DNA of 64,000 nt from Macrostomum lignano (GCA_002269645.1 NIVC01002959.1:62001-126000); one strand, 5' to 3'; positions 47,319 to 62,684 are shown, numbered from the stretch's first letter. Notes: generated from the sequence alone by a model not told the origin. Translations and numbers: made by a program.

Positions 47319-47827
47319 GGGGATCTAAGGCCCAGTGAGCGGCAAAGAAGGGACACGAGCTTCACACGGGCGGTTTACAGCACAACCAAGGTCCTGTCGA
47401 ATGCTATGGGGAGGAGGCAATTAAGCAATGTTCCTCGCGAAAGATGGAGAGATGGAAGGCAATATTAAATCGAGCCATCGAAAGTGAGCAGGGCGACTTC
47501 AGACAGGGGGAATGCATCAGAGGGACGAGAATGAAAGGGGCAAAAGACCCTTGCGACTGGCGTGTGTGAGCCAACGTGTTTGCCTTCCCCTCAGACCCGT
47601 TTAATCTGGTCATTAAATCTCAATAGAGCAGAAGATGAATATTCGATCCCTTTCAATCAACCTGCCTTCTTAGGCCTTCTCGGGTGTGGCCGCCCTTACG
47701 GGCCCCCCCCCCACCAGGCAAATTAATAACCCCAACTCCACTTGAGCCAGGAAAATTCCCAGTTTTGCTTTTGCAGGCTTTTCTTCACTGCTTGCAGCAA
47801 TTTTTTGCCAAACACCCACCCTCACAG

Positions 47828-48428
47828 ACTCACTCTCCTTCTCACTCTCTTTCTCACTCTCCATCTCACTCTCTTTCTCACTCTCTTTCTCACTCTCTTT
47901 CTCACTCTCTTTCTCACTCTCTTTCTCACTCTCTTTCTCACTCTCCTTCTCACTCTCTTTCTCACTCTCCATCTCACTCTCCTTCTCACTCTCCTTCTCA
48001 CTCTCCTTCTCACTCTCTTTCTCACTCTCTTTCTCACCCTCCTTCTCACTCTCCATCTCACTCTCCTTCTCACTCTCCTTCTCACTCTCTTTCTCACTCT
48101 CTTTCTCACTCTCCTTCTCACTCTCCTTCTCACCCTCCTTCTCACTCTCTTTCTCACTCTCCTTTTCACTCTCCTTCTCACTCTCCTTCTCACTCTCCTT
48201 CTCACTCTTTTCTTTTCACACTCTCTTCTCACTCTCCTCACTCTCTCCTTCTCCCTCTCACCTTCTCTGTCCCCTTGTCACTCTGTCCTCTTGTCACTCT
48301 GTCCTCTTGTCACTCTGTCCTCTTGTCACTCTGTCCTCTTGTCACCCTGTCCTCTTGTCACTCTGTCCTCTTGTCACTCTGTCCTCTTGTCACCCTGTCC
48401 TCTTGTCACTCTGTCCTCTTGTCACTCT
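47828..48428. repeat. 12-bp (CTCACTCTCTTT)n followed by 16-bp (CTCTTGTCACTCTGTC)n
   Basis: Two adjacent pyrimidine-rich arrays. Confidence 0.92.
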
Positions 48429-48912
48429 CCCCTACCTGGGTCCCACCTGAGGCTACCCACTGAGACCCTGTAATTAGAAGAAATTTTTAGCCTTGAATAA
48501 CTGAGCAAAAATTACTTTTAAAAAGCAGAAATAATGACAGCAATATGGCGTTCAAGGGCCTCTCGTCTGCCAGCTTCTCCCCATCATCAATTAGAGCTCG
48601 GAGGTCCGGGTGCCACACATTAAACCAACATTTGCTTGAGCCGCTGAGCCAACAAGCCAAAGCCCTCATTCCCCACCCCTAGAAGCAGTTTCTTCAAATT
48701 TGCTTTCAATTTTAAAGGGGATAAAACACTGCTAATTTCTTACAGCTGGCTTATGTCCCCCAATCCAGGTGTGTCTTCTTGGAATTAAAAAAATAAGACA
48801 GGTTTTAATTGTCGAATGGCTGTTTGCTCGGATGAGTTCAAATAGCGCCTGCAGAGGCTGAGTGAGAAATAAACGATTCTTTAATGCTGAAGACTGCGGA
48901 ACAGGCATGAGG

Positions 48913-50091
<1,179 letters not shown>

Positions 50092-50452
50092 AGGGCCACG
50101 GCAATTTGTGCTGGGATTTGGCAAAGGCGAGTCGAAAAAGCAAAAATGGCCAACTGCTTCAGCCGAGCCGACGCGACCAGATGGGTGCGCGCAGAGGAAG
50201 ATCTGAAACGAATAGTCAGAAGTAAAAATAGATGAGAAAATTGCAGAAAAATTACGATGAAAATAATTAAGTGAATTTAGAATATTTATACTAAAAAATG
50301 GTACTTGTAGTGCCTCCCTTTTCTGAGCAGATTTATTATCCTATAATTTTAATATTTGCAGTTCGAATTAAAGTATCCACCACCACTTTTTACATTTTTT
50401 ATTTGAATTCTTGAGAAGTTTAACAAAGTAAGTAGGTATTAAAATTAGATAT

Positions 50453-51053
50453 TCTGTCAGCCTGTCAGCAAATTTTCAGTGAGTCTGTCAGCGAGTCAGT
50501 CAGCGAGTCTGTCAGTGAGTCTGTCAGCGAGTCTGTCAGCGAGTCTGTCAGTGAGTCTGGTCTGTCAGCGAGTCTGTCAGTGAGTCTGTCAGCGAGTCTG
50601 TCAGTGAGTCTGTCAGTGGTTCTGTCAGGGAGAATGTCAGTGAGTCTGTCAGTGAGTCTGTCAGCGAGTCTGTCAGTGAGTCTGTCAGCGAGTCTGTCAG
50701 CGAGTCTGTCAGTGAGTCTGGTCTGTCAGCGAGTCTGTCAGTGAGTCTGTCAGCGAGTCTGTCAGCGAGTCTGTCAGTGAGTCTGTCAGCGAATCTGTCA
50801 GTGAATCTGTCAGTGAATCTGTCAGTGAGTCTGTCAGTGAGTCTGTCAGTGAGTCTGTCAGCGAGTCTGTCAGTGAGTCTGGTCTGTCAGCGAGTCTGTC
50901 AGTGAGTCTGTCAGCGAGTCTGTCAGCGAGTCTGTCAGTGAGTCTGTCAGCGAATCTGTCAGTGAATCTGTCAGTGAATCTGTCAGTGAGTCTGTCAGTG
51001 AGTCTGTCAGTGAGTCTGTCAGTGAGTCTGTCAGTGAGTCTGTCAGTGAGTCT
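50453..51053. repeat. 12-bp minisatellite (GAGTCTGTCAGY)n
   Basis: Read directly. Confidence 0.93.
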
Positions 51054-51737
51054 GTTATTTAGTGTACTAAAGAATCTGTTATTGATGGACATTGCTTTTC
51101 AACTTCAGCAAACCTATTAATTTAAAACTTATCTCATTAAATGGCCATCTAGACTGACTAACTCAAATTAGACGTGCACGGTCGAATTTAATTGAGGCGG
51201 TTCAAATTGGCCAACAATGCCGCAGACGGTGTGAAAGCGAGTTGCATCACTGCAATATTCATCTCTCAAACTTGGCGAAATCGGGGGGATGAAGACTCCT
51301 GGGACCCCCTAATGGAGGCGTTGGAGCGGATGAAACATTGCGCAGCAATTTTATGACACGGAACCAATTTTTAAAAGCAATTGAAGAGATCCGCGCGGCG
51401 GCGTCTCGGGAGGGGAGGCTGGATTGATGATGATGAAGGAAGGATGACGCGAATGTGTGGAGGTTCTCACAGAGCTCCTTAAGCACACACACTCGCCTCC
51501 TTGGCTCATTCATCTCTGTGACCAAATGGGGTGGAGCTGCAGCTCTGTTTGCTGCTCAGAAATTCCCTGCTCAAGGCCTCAGTTTTCCCGAATTTTTTAT
51601 TGTCAACCCACCCGGGCCCCTCTCCCATTGGCCTGTTTGCCTTCAATTAGGCCTATAAATGCTTTTGCCTGGCCCTGCCAGGCCTCATACAACTCCTTCG
51701 AGCATCTCCGATTCTATACTAATCACCATTACCTGAC

Positions 51738-54700
51738 ATGGAGCAGTTCATTGCGGCTGCCAGATACTTTCCTTGGTTATATCTGCAGCAGCAGCAGCAG
51801 CAGCAACAGAAGCAGCAGCAACACTCAAAGCAGCTGAACAATCATTCCATACCGTGTCCACCGCTGCCTCTCCCGCCGCCGCCGCCTCTGCAGCCGCAGC
51901 AGAGTGTCGGCTGCTCGACCTTCAACATCGACGAAATTCTCGGGCATAGGAAGAATTCCGAGCAGGTGACGCGTTCGGGCGCGTCTGCAAGCAATGCAGG
52001 TGAGCTTGGCAATGTCTATGGGCTTTTCAGCTCAGAAGACACTTCATCTGAAGGTTATCGCTCAGGTTAGAGCATTTCGGTTCTTAGAGTAACTGCTCCT
52101 GATGGACACCCGATAATGGGCACCTTCACTAACACCAAAATTAGAATAGGAGAGCCCAAAATTAGAATCTCTGACACCAAAATTAGAATAGGAGAGCCCA
52201 GAATTAGAATCTCTGACACCAGAATTAGAATCTCTGACACCAGAATTAGAATCTCTGACACCAGAATTAGAATCTCTGACACTGGAATTAGAATCTCTGA
52301 CACCAGAATTAGAATCCCTGACACCAAAATTAGAATCTCTGACACCAGAATTAAAATAGGAGAGCCCAAAATTAGAATCTCTGACACCAGAATTAGAAAC
52401 TCTGACACCAGAATTAGAATCTCTGACACCATAATTAGAAACTCTGACACCAGAATTAGAATCTCTGACACCAGAATTAGAATCTCTGACACCAGAATTA
52501 GAAACTCTGACACCAGAATTAGAAACTCCGACACCAGAATTAGAATCTCTGACACCAGAATTAGAAACTCTGACACCAGAATTAGAATCTCTGACACCAG
52601 AATTAGAATCTCTGACACCAGAATTAGAATCTCTGACACCAGAATTAGAATCTCTGACACCAGAATTAGAATATTTGACACCAAAATTAGAACCTCTGAC
52701 ACCAGAATTAGAATCTCTGACACCAGAATTAGAATCTCTGACACCAGAATTAGAATCTCTGACACCAGAATTAGAATCTCTGACACCATAATTAGAATCT
52801 CTGACACCAGAATTAGAACCTCTGACACCAGAATTAGAATCTCTGACACAAGAATTAGAATAGGAGAGCCCAAAATTAGAATCTCTGACACCAGAATTAG
52901 AATCTCTGACACCAGAATTAGAATAGGAGAGCCCAAAATTAGAATCTCTGACACCAGAATTAGAATCTCTGACACCAGAATTAGAATCTCTGACACCCAA
53001 ATAAGAACCTCTGACACCCAAATATGAATCCTGACACCCAAATAAGAACCTCTGACACCCAAATATGAACCTCTGACACCAAAATAGGAATCCTGACACC
53101 CAAATTGGAATCGAACTGGATGCTCAGCGGTGGTTATTTTGGAAAGCACCTGACAGTCAGCTAAAAAACGGCAACACACTGTTCCTTGAGTGGCGGTGTG
53201 ACATAAAATGCTTCTAAAGTTGTGAGCTTATTAAACATAAAAAATTAAACTCAAATTAACAACTGAAGCTCAGTTGTTTGAGTAAACGCACCCAGCCAGT
53301 CAATATCATATTATGTCTAGCGGATATCAAGATACAGAGACAAAATTGAATTGATATGAATTCAATTTTACACACTTTCAGTGTCAGTGTCCATTTTCAT
53401 TTTCATTTTCAGTGTCCACCAGTGTATATTTAAGTTGTATATTACATCGGGTTAGAAATAAAATAGCAACTAGTACCACATGGTTTTAACTGAATGCTTT
53501 AATCATGGTTAAATAAGTATTTAATTAATTAATATTTTTTCTCCCCAGGCTTCCTGAGTGTATGATGTGTATGATGTGCATGATGTGTATGATGTGCATG
53601 ATGTGCATGATGTGTATGATGTGCATGATGTGTATGATGTGCATGATGTGTATGATGTGCATGATGTGCATGATGTGCATGATGTGTATGATGTGTATGA
53701 TGTGTATGATGTGCATGATGTGCATGATGTGTATGATGTGCATGATGTGTATGATGTGTATGATGTGTATGATGTGTATGATGTGTATGATGTGCATGAT
53801 GTGTATGATGTGTATGATGTGTATGATGTGTATGATGTGTATGATGTGCATGATGTGTATGATGTGTATGATGTGTATGATGTGTATGATGTGTATGATG
53901 TGTATGATGTGTATGTTGTGCATGATGTGTATGATGTGTATGATGTGTATGATGTGCATGATGTGTATGATGTGTATGATGTGTATGATGTGTATGATGT
54001 GGATAATGTGTATGATGTGCATGATGTGTATGATGTGTATGATGTGGATAATGTGTATGATGTATATGATGTGTATGATGTGTATGATGTGTATGAGTAT
54101 ATCGCAGTGAATGGGAAAGCTGTATGTAGGGGAAAAGCAGAATAAAGTTTGAGGTGTTTATTCGTTGATTTGCCGCCCATTTTTTGTCTGCCTGCCGAGG
54201 TATGACTTGAATGGACAAAAACTTTTCACTCGTCAAAAGCTCTGCATGATTTTTTTATTTACTTTTTATTCAATGTGAGATAAGGAGAGAAACTACCGAA
54301 GGCTAACTATTTGTCCAGAAATCAGTGACGGGGGGAGTCTAACAATCGCATTTACGACTCTTAAATTTCCCGTAGGGTGTCATTATTAGCAAATGAGTGC
54401 CTGCGGCGCTAAAATGAATGCCTGCGGCGCTAAAATGAATGCCTGCGGCGCTAAAATGAATGCCTGCGGCGCTAAAATGAATGCCTGCGGCGCTAAAATG
54501 AGTGACTGCGGCGCTAAAACTGAGTGCCTGCGGCGCTACATTGAGTGCCTGCGGCGCTAAAATGAGTGACTGCGGCGCTAAAATGAGTGACTGCAGCGCT
54601 AAAATGAGTGCCTGCGGCGCTAAACTGAGTGCCTGCGGCGCTAAAATGAGTGCCTGTGGCGCTAAAATGAGTGCCTGCGGCGCTAAAAGGAGTGACTGCA

Positions 54701-56346
54701 GCGCTAAAATGAGTGCCTGCGGCGCTAAACTGAGTGCCTGTGGCGCTAAAATGAGTGCCTGTGGCGCTAAAATGAGTGCCTGCGGCGCTAAAAGGAGTGC
54801 CTGCGGCGCTAAAATGAGTGCCCGCGGTGCTAAAATGAGTGACTGCGGCTTTAAAATGAATGTACATGTAGAATTCTTGGCTTTGGAAATCGCATGTAAA
54901 TTGCCGCCCCAAACACCACTACTTCTACTTTGGTTGTCCGCGGATATCGCCATGTGCCAGCGAAGGAAACCATCCGCAGTCTTGAAGTCGCGCCAGCTCT
55001 AGCATTTCTCTAGATAGCTACATGATTGCACGCCAGCTCTAGATAGCTCTAGATACGAGTAGCTACATGATTGCACGATAGGTGTCTGAGCGGTATATTT
55101 TTAGATAATTTCTGTAATTTTTTCGGTCATTGCATTCAATAACAGAAATTGCAGTGGCCCATCGCTCAGGCACACAATAGCTGTGGCTCCAATTGCACAG
55201 GAGCAGAAAAAATTGGTCTCTTTAAGATAATAATCGTCGTTTGTTTATTCAACACCTGCTCGTCAAAACATGAATTGCCATTACCCCTGCTTTTCCAATC
55301 AACAACCAGGTTTGCAGCTGCAGCACCAGCCTACAGGTAGAAGCAAGCGAATCCGCACCATTTTTACACCTGACCAGCTTGAACGACTCGAGGCTGAGTT
55401 CGAGAGGCAGCAGTATATGGTTGGCTCGGAGCGGTTCTACCTGGCTGCGGAGCTAGATCTCACCGAGGCCCAGGTGAAGGTGTGGTTCCAGGTAAGTGCT
55501 AATTAATGAATGTTGGGGGCAGATGCTGGCTCCGAGGCCCCGAAAACCACGGGGTTTGGGCCATTTTTTTATTAGAGGCAGGGGGGTTGTGTGCACCCTG
55601 GCGCACTTTAAGCGACATTGGCACACAACTGGCGAGAGGCATTACTGCCCATTCCACCGACTCCCCTGAGCAGGCATACAAGCGCGCGGATACGTACGCA
55701 GGCACACACTCACACAGGAGTGTACAGCGGCCCTAACTTTATATTATCGTTAGGCATGTACACTTCACTGCGCCTTGGGGGGTTGGCTCTCAAGGCCGTT
55801 AATTGCACGAGCAGAGCCAAGCCGAGATTCCAATTCAGCCCCAAATTAATTTGACTGCACTTGGAATCGAGCTTGGGTCGCTGGCACACCAGAGCAGCTG
55901 CGCTACCGCTGGGCTACGGCCCCCCTGGGTTTGGGCCATAGACAACAGCTGCTGCTGATTATTGAGAGCGGCAGAAGCTACAGTCTATGGTCGGAGCCCA
56001 TCTAGGGATAGATAGATCTGCGATTGTGAGAGCCTGTGCGTCCTCAGGCGGCGGGGGGTCGGCGGGATGAGCACTCAAATTTCCACAAATTCCATCGAGT
56101 TTAAAACCTGTTCAAAATCTTCAAGTAGGAGATTAAGCTACTTGGCAGAACACTTCGGGAATTTGAGTCATCAGCTCTTCTACCTGATCCCCGCAGAATC
56201 GCCGTATTAAGTGGCGCAAGCAGAACCTGACCGAGCAACGCAGCCAGCTGTTGCACCTCAGGCCCGACATCAGCAATGATGGTGGGCAGTTCCGGGAGGC
56301 TGCAGCTGCTGCTGCCAGTCCCGCGGTCTCCAAAGCGTCGCGCTAA
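51738..56346 (+). CDS. not: Not (notochord-type) homeobox protein; exons 51738-51999, 55310-55491, 56197-56346 (about 197 aa)
   Basis: Exon 1 has the eh1 motif FNIDEILG and a phase-1 CAG/GTGAGC donor. Homeodomain [57 protein letters not shown] carries the Not signature QQYMVG and is split at the conserved WFQ/NRR intron (GT 55492, AG 56196). An alternative phase-1 acceptor ends at 55336. Confidence 0.9.
52132..53100. repeat. 21-bp minisatellite (GACACCAGAATTAGAATCTCT)n in not intron 1
   Basis: Read directly. Confidence 0.94.
53557..54094. repeat. 9-bp minisatellite (TGATGTGYA)n in not intron 1
   Basis: Read directly. Confidence 0.95.
54392..54862. repeat. 21-bp minisatellite (GAGTGCCTGCGGCGCTAAAAT)n in not intron 1
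   Basis: One substitution from the unit at 20554-21622. Confidence 0.93.
55590..55925 (-). mobile_element. tRNA-derived SINE, copy 2, in not intron 2
   Basis: Minus-strand head GGGGCCGTAGCCCAGCGGTAGCGC...CCCAAGCTCGATTCC with A and B boxes. Homologous to 25231-25544. Confidence 0.72.
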
Positions 56347-58313
56347 AATCAGCTAGTTGGCTGTAGCCAACTACAGCCTGTCTGAGCTGTCGCCAGCTTC
56401 ATCCTCCGACCAGGATGCTGGAGAGCCCTGCGCCTGAGTGGCTCACGTTTTTATTGTGATCTTTTTGCAAAACAGTCCCCCCTCCCTACTTTTTGCTCTG
56501 GTATAAAAACGCTACATGGACAACTGAAGTTCAAGGACGCTGCACTCAAAACTCGCTCAAAAACCTCACAATTTTATCAAGGTATTTTTCTTCCTGAAAT
56601 GCCATCGGAGACCGGCAAACAACCAAAGTTTCAGCTGCTCCTGTCTCTTTCAGTGTGTTTTTTTCTATACAGATTTTTTCATTTCTAATTTGTCCCATCG
56701 GGAAGCCCCATTTAGCGCTCATGCAAAAAAGCAAATCTTCTCAAAATCTGTTTAAAAAAACATTTTCTCTATATAAATTTAGCAGCATCACTGACCGAAC
56801 GGAACACGTGCTCGATTAATTTGAGATTTTCGAATGCAGCGTCCTTCTGCATCAGCTGTTCATTGGACTCCACAGGAGCAAATTTCGTCACAAAACCTTT
56901 CAAATAGCAAAAACTGAAGCCAGCAGACGAATCTCTGTGAATTAGCGTATTACAGATGGGATACAGTTAGAAGAAGGGAGTTCAACCAGAATCTAGGCAT
57001 CTAGATTACCGTATTTTTGTGACGAAAATTGTTCTACAATATTTTAGTACGTACTTCTAACGTACAAAGTATATCGCCCTCAGTTGTTCGCATTGTAAGT
57101 TTGCGTAATTTCCTCTTTGGTCTTCATGTTGTGTCTATGAGTGGAGTTGTTTTGTGAGCATTTTTTTCCGTTTTATAACGAAATATTTTTACTTTGCTGT
57201 GCGCTTCTTTATTATAATCGTGCCGTACTGGAGTGCTTCTGACGTCATTAGATCCCGATTTGTCCCTAATCCACGCATATATTGACTGATACTGCAAAAA
57301 ATTTACACAATGTATTTTTCAGTTTGTGCGCACCTTTAATCTGTTGTTCTAAAATTCCAAAATCGTCGTTTCATTACGGCTAATTGATTGATTAAAGCTG
57401 TTTTACAAGTTCGAATAACATCAGTTCGAAGAACGCACGAGCTAGACGTGAAATTCGGTGAGCTGTTTTCAACTGAACTCAACCTCCCGTGCGCGCACTG
57501 CTCCTTCTGAGATGATTTTGATATCGTTCAGTTCCTTTGACGTGCTGCAGTTTCCGCGCGCGCACACAGATGCTGTAATGTTGTCTTCACCGTTTGCTTC
57601 TCTATCGCACCTGCCTCCGATGTAAATTTTGCTTTATTATCATGCAAAATCTTTCCACCTCCAAATCCTAAATTGCCGTTCGCTTTTTCGCCGAAGCCTT
57701 GATTTCATCGTCAAATCACCGAGGAAAAAAGAACCAAATAGGCAAAAAAGGCAGACTTCAACAACTGCCTCCGTCGTTTGAGAGCTAGACAATCAAGCCA
57801 AACTGCCTCTGTGTCTTTTCGATGTGTTTAATTACCCTAACTATTCTGCTTTGAGAGTGGCGACAAACGAATAAGAAAATAGTTAATCACGAAAATTTTC
57901 CGAGGAGAAAACGTCTATTCAAAATCAAGATAATTTCTAGTCCAAACAGATGGCTAAATCGGGAACTTCTATCTGCTGCCACCTGCCCTTATCTGCCACA
58001 CAAAAGCATCCAATGTTCGTGTTTTCTCGCATCGCAAGACTTACATGCAGAAATCTAGTAATATTTATGCGAATGAAACTATTTGCCACAGTTTACTAGA
58101 ATATGATAATACATGGCGTTAAACTTCGTTTTGTTAATAAATAGTAATAAATTTTGTTAATAAACTATCATTAAATATGCAAATATAATAGCGAATATTG
58201 ACGGATGACTTTAGGACAGCATCTACAATCACCCTCCACACCCAGAATCAAACGTCACCCTCCGCTTCTGCAGTCAATTTTCACATCTGCAATCAACTCT
58301 CCGATCTGATCGT

Positions 58314-61073
58314 CTATTTGGCCAGCTTATTGGCAGCTTCCATGATGACGCTGTGGGCAAAGCGGATGTCCTTTGACTCGCACTGGCTGGAGCACACTAC
58401 AAAGCGAAGAAAGTACACGCCACTGGAGTGAAACTTGGACGCCACCAGGTGAATTCGTTGGTCCTCGCGTAGAGTTCGGTACAGCGCCTCCGTGGCTTCG
58501 TTGGCGCCCTGTGATTTGGTGGTAACGCTGACTTGCTTTTATGCAGTGTCAGAACTCAGAGAAGTCAAACAGCTCTCTCTGAACCCATCTCATTTAAATT
58601 TTATTCATCCAATCGGACTCTAACAATACGCATACCAACGTGTATGCAAACAGTGTGCATACCTTTAGCCGGAAGCACACGAGACCAAGCGTAACCTCTT
58701 CGACAACTTCAAAGCGACCATTGGCCAGAATCAGAGCTTCAAACTCCTTGGCCAGAGAGACGTGCTGGAATTAGCGAATATTAGAAATTCTAACACTTTT
58801 GAACCAGTTTTTCCGGACTGTTGATCTTCAAACTCACCTTTCTTATGTAGGCCTGAAGTCCGCTGATGCCGAAGCACCTCATGACGAACCAGATCTTCAG
58901 CGAGCGGAATCGACGCCCCAACGGAATTTGCCAGTGCTGAATATAAAAAAAAATCGTATTTAATTTTGTCACGACTTGCAAACTGACAGTCCCAGGTGGT
59001 TTTGCTGCAATTCCGATTAATCTGAATCAGTAAGTTAAAGCAAACAATTGAATTGAATTTGATGTCGTAAGCTCGGCTCGACAATGGGCTTTGTGAAATG
59101 CATGCTTATCCATTGTTTCATTGAGATTTCATCATATCATCAACGAAGAAGCCTGCATCATAAGTGGCTCAGTGGTGTCGTACAGACCGGTAAAAATGAA
59201 TTTGAAAATTCATCTGGCTAATTAAAATTATGCTTCACTGACGAATGAATATATTTTTTGAGACCTACGTTGAAACCATCCTTCAACAAACAATATTACC
59301 CCTCGTATTTGGATTACTTTATTACCTGTTGTCTCGCGTCACGTAAGTTTCATATGTTGGCCGTTTTTTGCCAGGTAAGTAATATTATCGCGATACACTG
59401 ATGAACATTGGAGAGGTGACTGTGTACTGGTGACGGATGTTGTAAAGGTAGTTATGCAATGGTGATACATTAGTGGACATTGTAGATGAGTGTGCAGTGG
59501 TGTTACATTAGTGAACACTATAGAGGTGACTATGAAGCACTTGGATGATTCCTAGGCCAAAATATGTATGAGGTACAGATTTATTAAAGATTTCTGTTGC
59601 TCAAAATCGCATAGAAACCACTTTACCCTGTAGTCAGGCTGACCAGTGAACTCGTGCTTAAGGTAGATTGGATCTGCAGAGAAAATTTCCACAATTTTGC
59701 TGGCATCTCGCAGAAACAGAGCCGAACAGTCGAATGTGACCAGCATCCACTTGTGCGGATTGAAGTTGAACGAATCTGCCAGCTGTGAATCAAATGGGTC
59801 AAATGTGTTCATTGCGAAGATACAAGATAATCTGTGTACGAAATTTCAATATCCGAGCGTTATTGTTTACCTCGATTCCATCGGCAAAGTTCCTCAGCTC
59901 AGGGCACAGCAGGGCCGATCCAGCATATGCGGCGTCAACGTGACACCATAGTCCCTCCCGATTACCTATAAAAGTGAAAATTGGATCATGTATAAAAGCC
60001 ACTTCCCAGAAAGTTGACTGAGAAGTAGGTCTCACAGATTTGTCCCAGTTCTCTAACGTTGTCGAATGCGCAGGAACTCGTAGTGCCCAACGTGGCGATG
60101 CACTATGGACGAGAGAGGCAACATTGACATTGGAATTCTGTTGAGCTCATTCTCACAGAAACCGGTGTTTAGCTGGAAAACACCTACCAGTATCGGAACG
60201 AGACCTTTGGCTCTGTCCTCAGCGATTGCCTGCTTGAGAGCGTCGCCACGGAGCGAGTGCTTCTCGTCAGTTTTAAGCGATCGAATGCGAACGAAGGCCA
60301 GCTTGGCGGCGCGTTCCACGGAGCTGTGAGCCTGGAAGCGAAGTCAACTCAATATCTTACATGTACTTACTTACTTCGCAGGTGGCAGACAGAAATCAAG
60401 GTAACAGTTGACCCCGCATCCAGCAAGTAGTTATGAACATTCATACTTCACGTATAGATAGGTAGGTACACGCATGAAAAGCCGAGCACAAACTCAGGTA
60501 TTTTTTGGGGTTATTATCGCGTTATTACATACACTCTGCCCACCGATCCTACCCCCCCCCTAGCAGTCAATCTAGATCCAATGAAACTCCTAGAAAGTGT
60601 CAACAAGCCGCACTCACCTCTTCGGAGGTGTAAGCCACCAGCCTGGCGAGCAGTTCGCAGGGCTCGCCCTGAGGCTCAGCTGCCTGCAGCTTGGCGATGG
60701 CGTCGTTCCTTGCACCCAGGAAGACCATCAGCGAGGCCTCGCTAGCGGTGCCCTGGATGACGCCGCCGCCGCGGCCGCCAGAACTGAACAGAAAGTGGTC
60801 CGGCAGGCCCAGAGCCTTGGCCAACCAGTCCATCATGACAGTCTCCAGCTCTGTGCACGCGGGACTGGCGATCTGAGCGGATCGCGATTCCGGGAATTAA
60901 CTCTATCTAAAAAATATTCACGTTGACAACTCAGCCTCTCCCTCATCTGCTCTGCTCACCCAGGAGAATCCGATACAAGCGATGGCGTCGCTCAGCATGT
61001 CGCCCAGGATGGCCGGGTACGAGCTGGCGGTCGGGTAATAGGCGTGGAAATTCGGGTGATGCCAGTTGGTCAC
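58314..61073 (-). CDS. ddc: DOPA / aromatic L-amino acid decarboxylase, 5'-incomplete; exons 61073-60960, 60872-60618, 60331-60188, 60102-60036, 59965-59871, 59782-59627, 58936-58838, 58764-58663, 58508-58314
   Basis: All junctions are GT-AG and phase-consistent. Motifs: [69 protein letters not shown] (PLP lysine), [21 protein letters not shown]. About 65 N-terminal residues not located. Confidence 0.95.
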
Positions 61074-62110
61074 CTTGAGCAGGAATTTAAGGAGGGATGA
61101 AGCGGGCAGTAGCTACTGCGTGCAGACTTGAAATTGTATTTGCGGAGAGCAAAAAGTTCTTACAAGCATGTGCGCACAATCAGGTTAAGTAGGCCAACGC
61201 GCTAGTTAGTCAGTCAACCCCAACCCCCACGTAGCTCAGACTGGGTGGGCGAACCCCCCCCCCCACTCCTAATCTCCGGGGTTGGGTGGCGCATAGACGC
61301 GGCGTGATGAGCAGGTGGGCGCGAGAGCACCTAAACGGCCGTCTTCAGGTGCGCTTGCACTTGCCCGCCACAGGGAGGTGTTTAAACCCAGAATGAAATG
61401 AAAATTTCAAAGAAAAAAGTGTTCTTCCTACTATCTTCCTACTAAGAGTAGCATATTAAGAAGCTAGTAGAAGCTTTAACCGTATCTTATGTCACGAGAC
61501 TGAGGATTTTACCTACCTCTATCAAGACACAGATTCCTTGAGAAACTAACGAAGCCTTATTAACAAATCACATTCATCATATGTAGATTTAAATAGATAT
61601 AGTTTGTTTAACTGATCCCAGAGTTTGCTCTTTATTTGCTTTTTTGTTCTTCAACATTTTCAAATAAACTTCAGAACTTGACAGCCGTTTGAATCGATCT
61701 AGACTATAGCCGACTGGCGGCCACCAAAGATGTATATTGCAATGAAAATGACCCTCTCTCCTAAGACTATAATTATATATACAAAACAAACACTAAGGAA
61801 CGAAGTCCTCACTTTCTTTTGAAAGGCAAATGTCAAGTTGAGCGCCTCAACTGAGCCCCGACTTGAGCAATACAGCTCAAACTAAGACTAAAAGACTCAA
61901 AACAAACACACTGAATGGACCCTAAAAGCTAAGCGAACCCTAAAAGCTAAGTGGTTTTAGGGTAGAAGTTTGAAGCCAACAGCTTACAATATGTTTCTTC
62001 GGTTGGTTACCTGAGAATGACAAAGTTCGCGTGAAGATTTTGAGAGATTTTGCGATATTTTATCATAAATTTAAAAGTAAAAAGCTGCAGGACGTTAAAG
62101 AAGATTAGTC

Positions 62111-62515
62111 CAACAACAACAACAACAACAGAATACGCAGTTAGCGTAACAAGGCGCGCCTCAAGGCCACGTCGCGAATGAACGCCACGCCGCCGGCCGA
62201 ATCCGGGGCGCCGGCGTCAGCCAGCAGGCAGTCGACGAAACGCCGAGTGTGCGCCTGTAGGATGCCTGCTGGTAGGGTGCCTGCAGCGTTAGCAGCAGCA
62301 CCTCCTGCACCGGCTGTGGGCAGTACGTCTCGGCGCGGATGATGTGGCCTGCCAGCTGGGGTCGCCGACGGCGCAATAGGTCGCTTGGACCGACCAGGCC
62401 CGCGCGGTGATACAAAGCCGCGTTGGTCACTCGCTCGTAGCCGATCTTGAAGGCGGCGCGCAGCAGGCCAGCGTGCGCCGCGTCAACTTGTTGCTCGATT
62501 TTGATCCGTTGTAAT
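62111..62515 (-). mobile_element. 5'-truncated non-LTR retrotransposon (RTE-like) 3' end with (TGT)n tail
   Basis: Translation VDAAHAGLLRAAFKIGYERVTNAALYHRAGLVGPSDLLRRRRPQLAGHIIR...QPVQEVLL resembles the post-RT region of RTE-type ORF2. A short-repeat tail follows the stop. Confidence 0.7.
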
Positions 62516-62646
62516 AATATAGCTTTTTTCAGCCCAATTTGGCCTACGCGCATTAAATTTAATCCAAGATAGGTTTGCGAATGTAATGAAGCTTTTGTCT
62601 ATGGCAGCAAGGCTGGCACAGCGGCATTTAATTTGGTCCAACAAGC

Positions 62647-62684
62647 CATGGACTTCTATACTTAGCTAAGTATAGAAGTCCATG
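62647..62684. mobile_element. 38-bp perfect palindrome flanked by 7-bp direct repeat; minimal MITE candidate
   Basis: CATGGACTTCTATACTTAG/CTAAGTATAGAAGTCCATG, with AACAAGC at 62640-62646 and 62685-62691. Confidence 0.6.
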
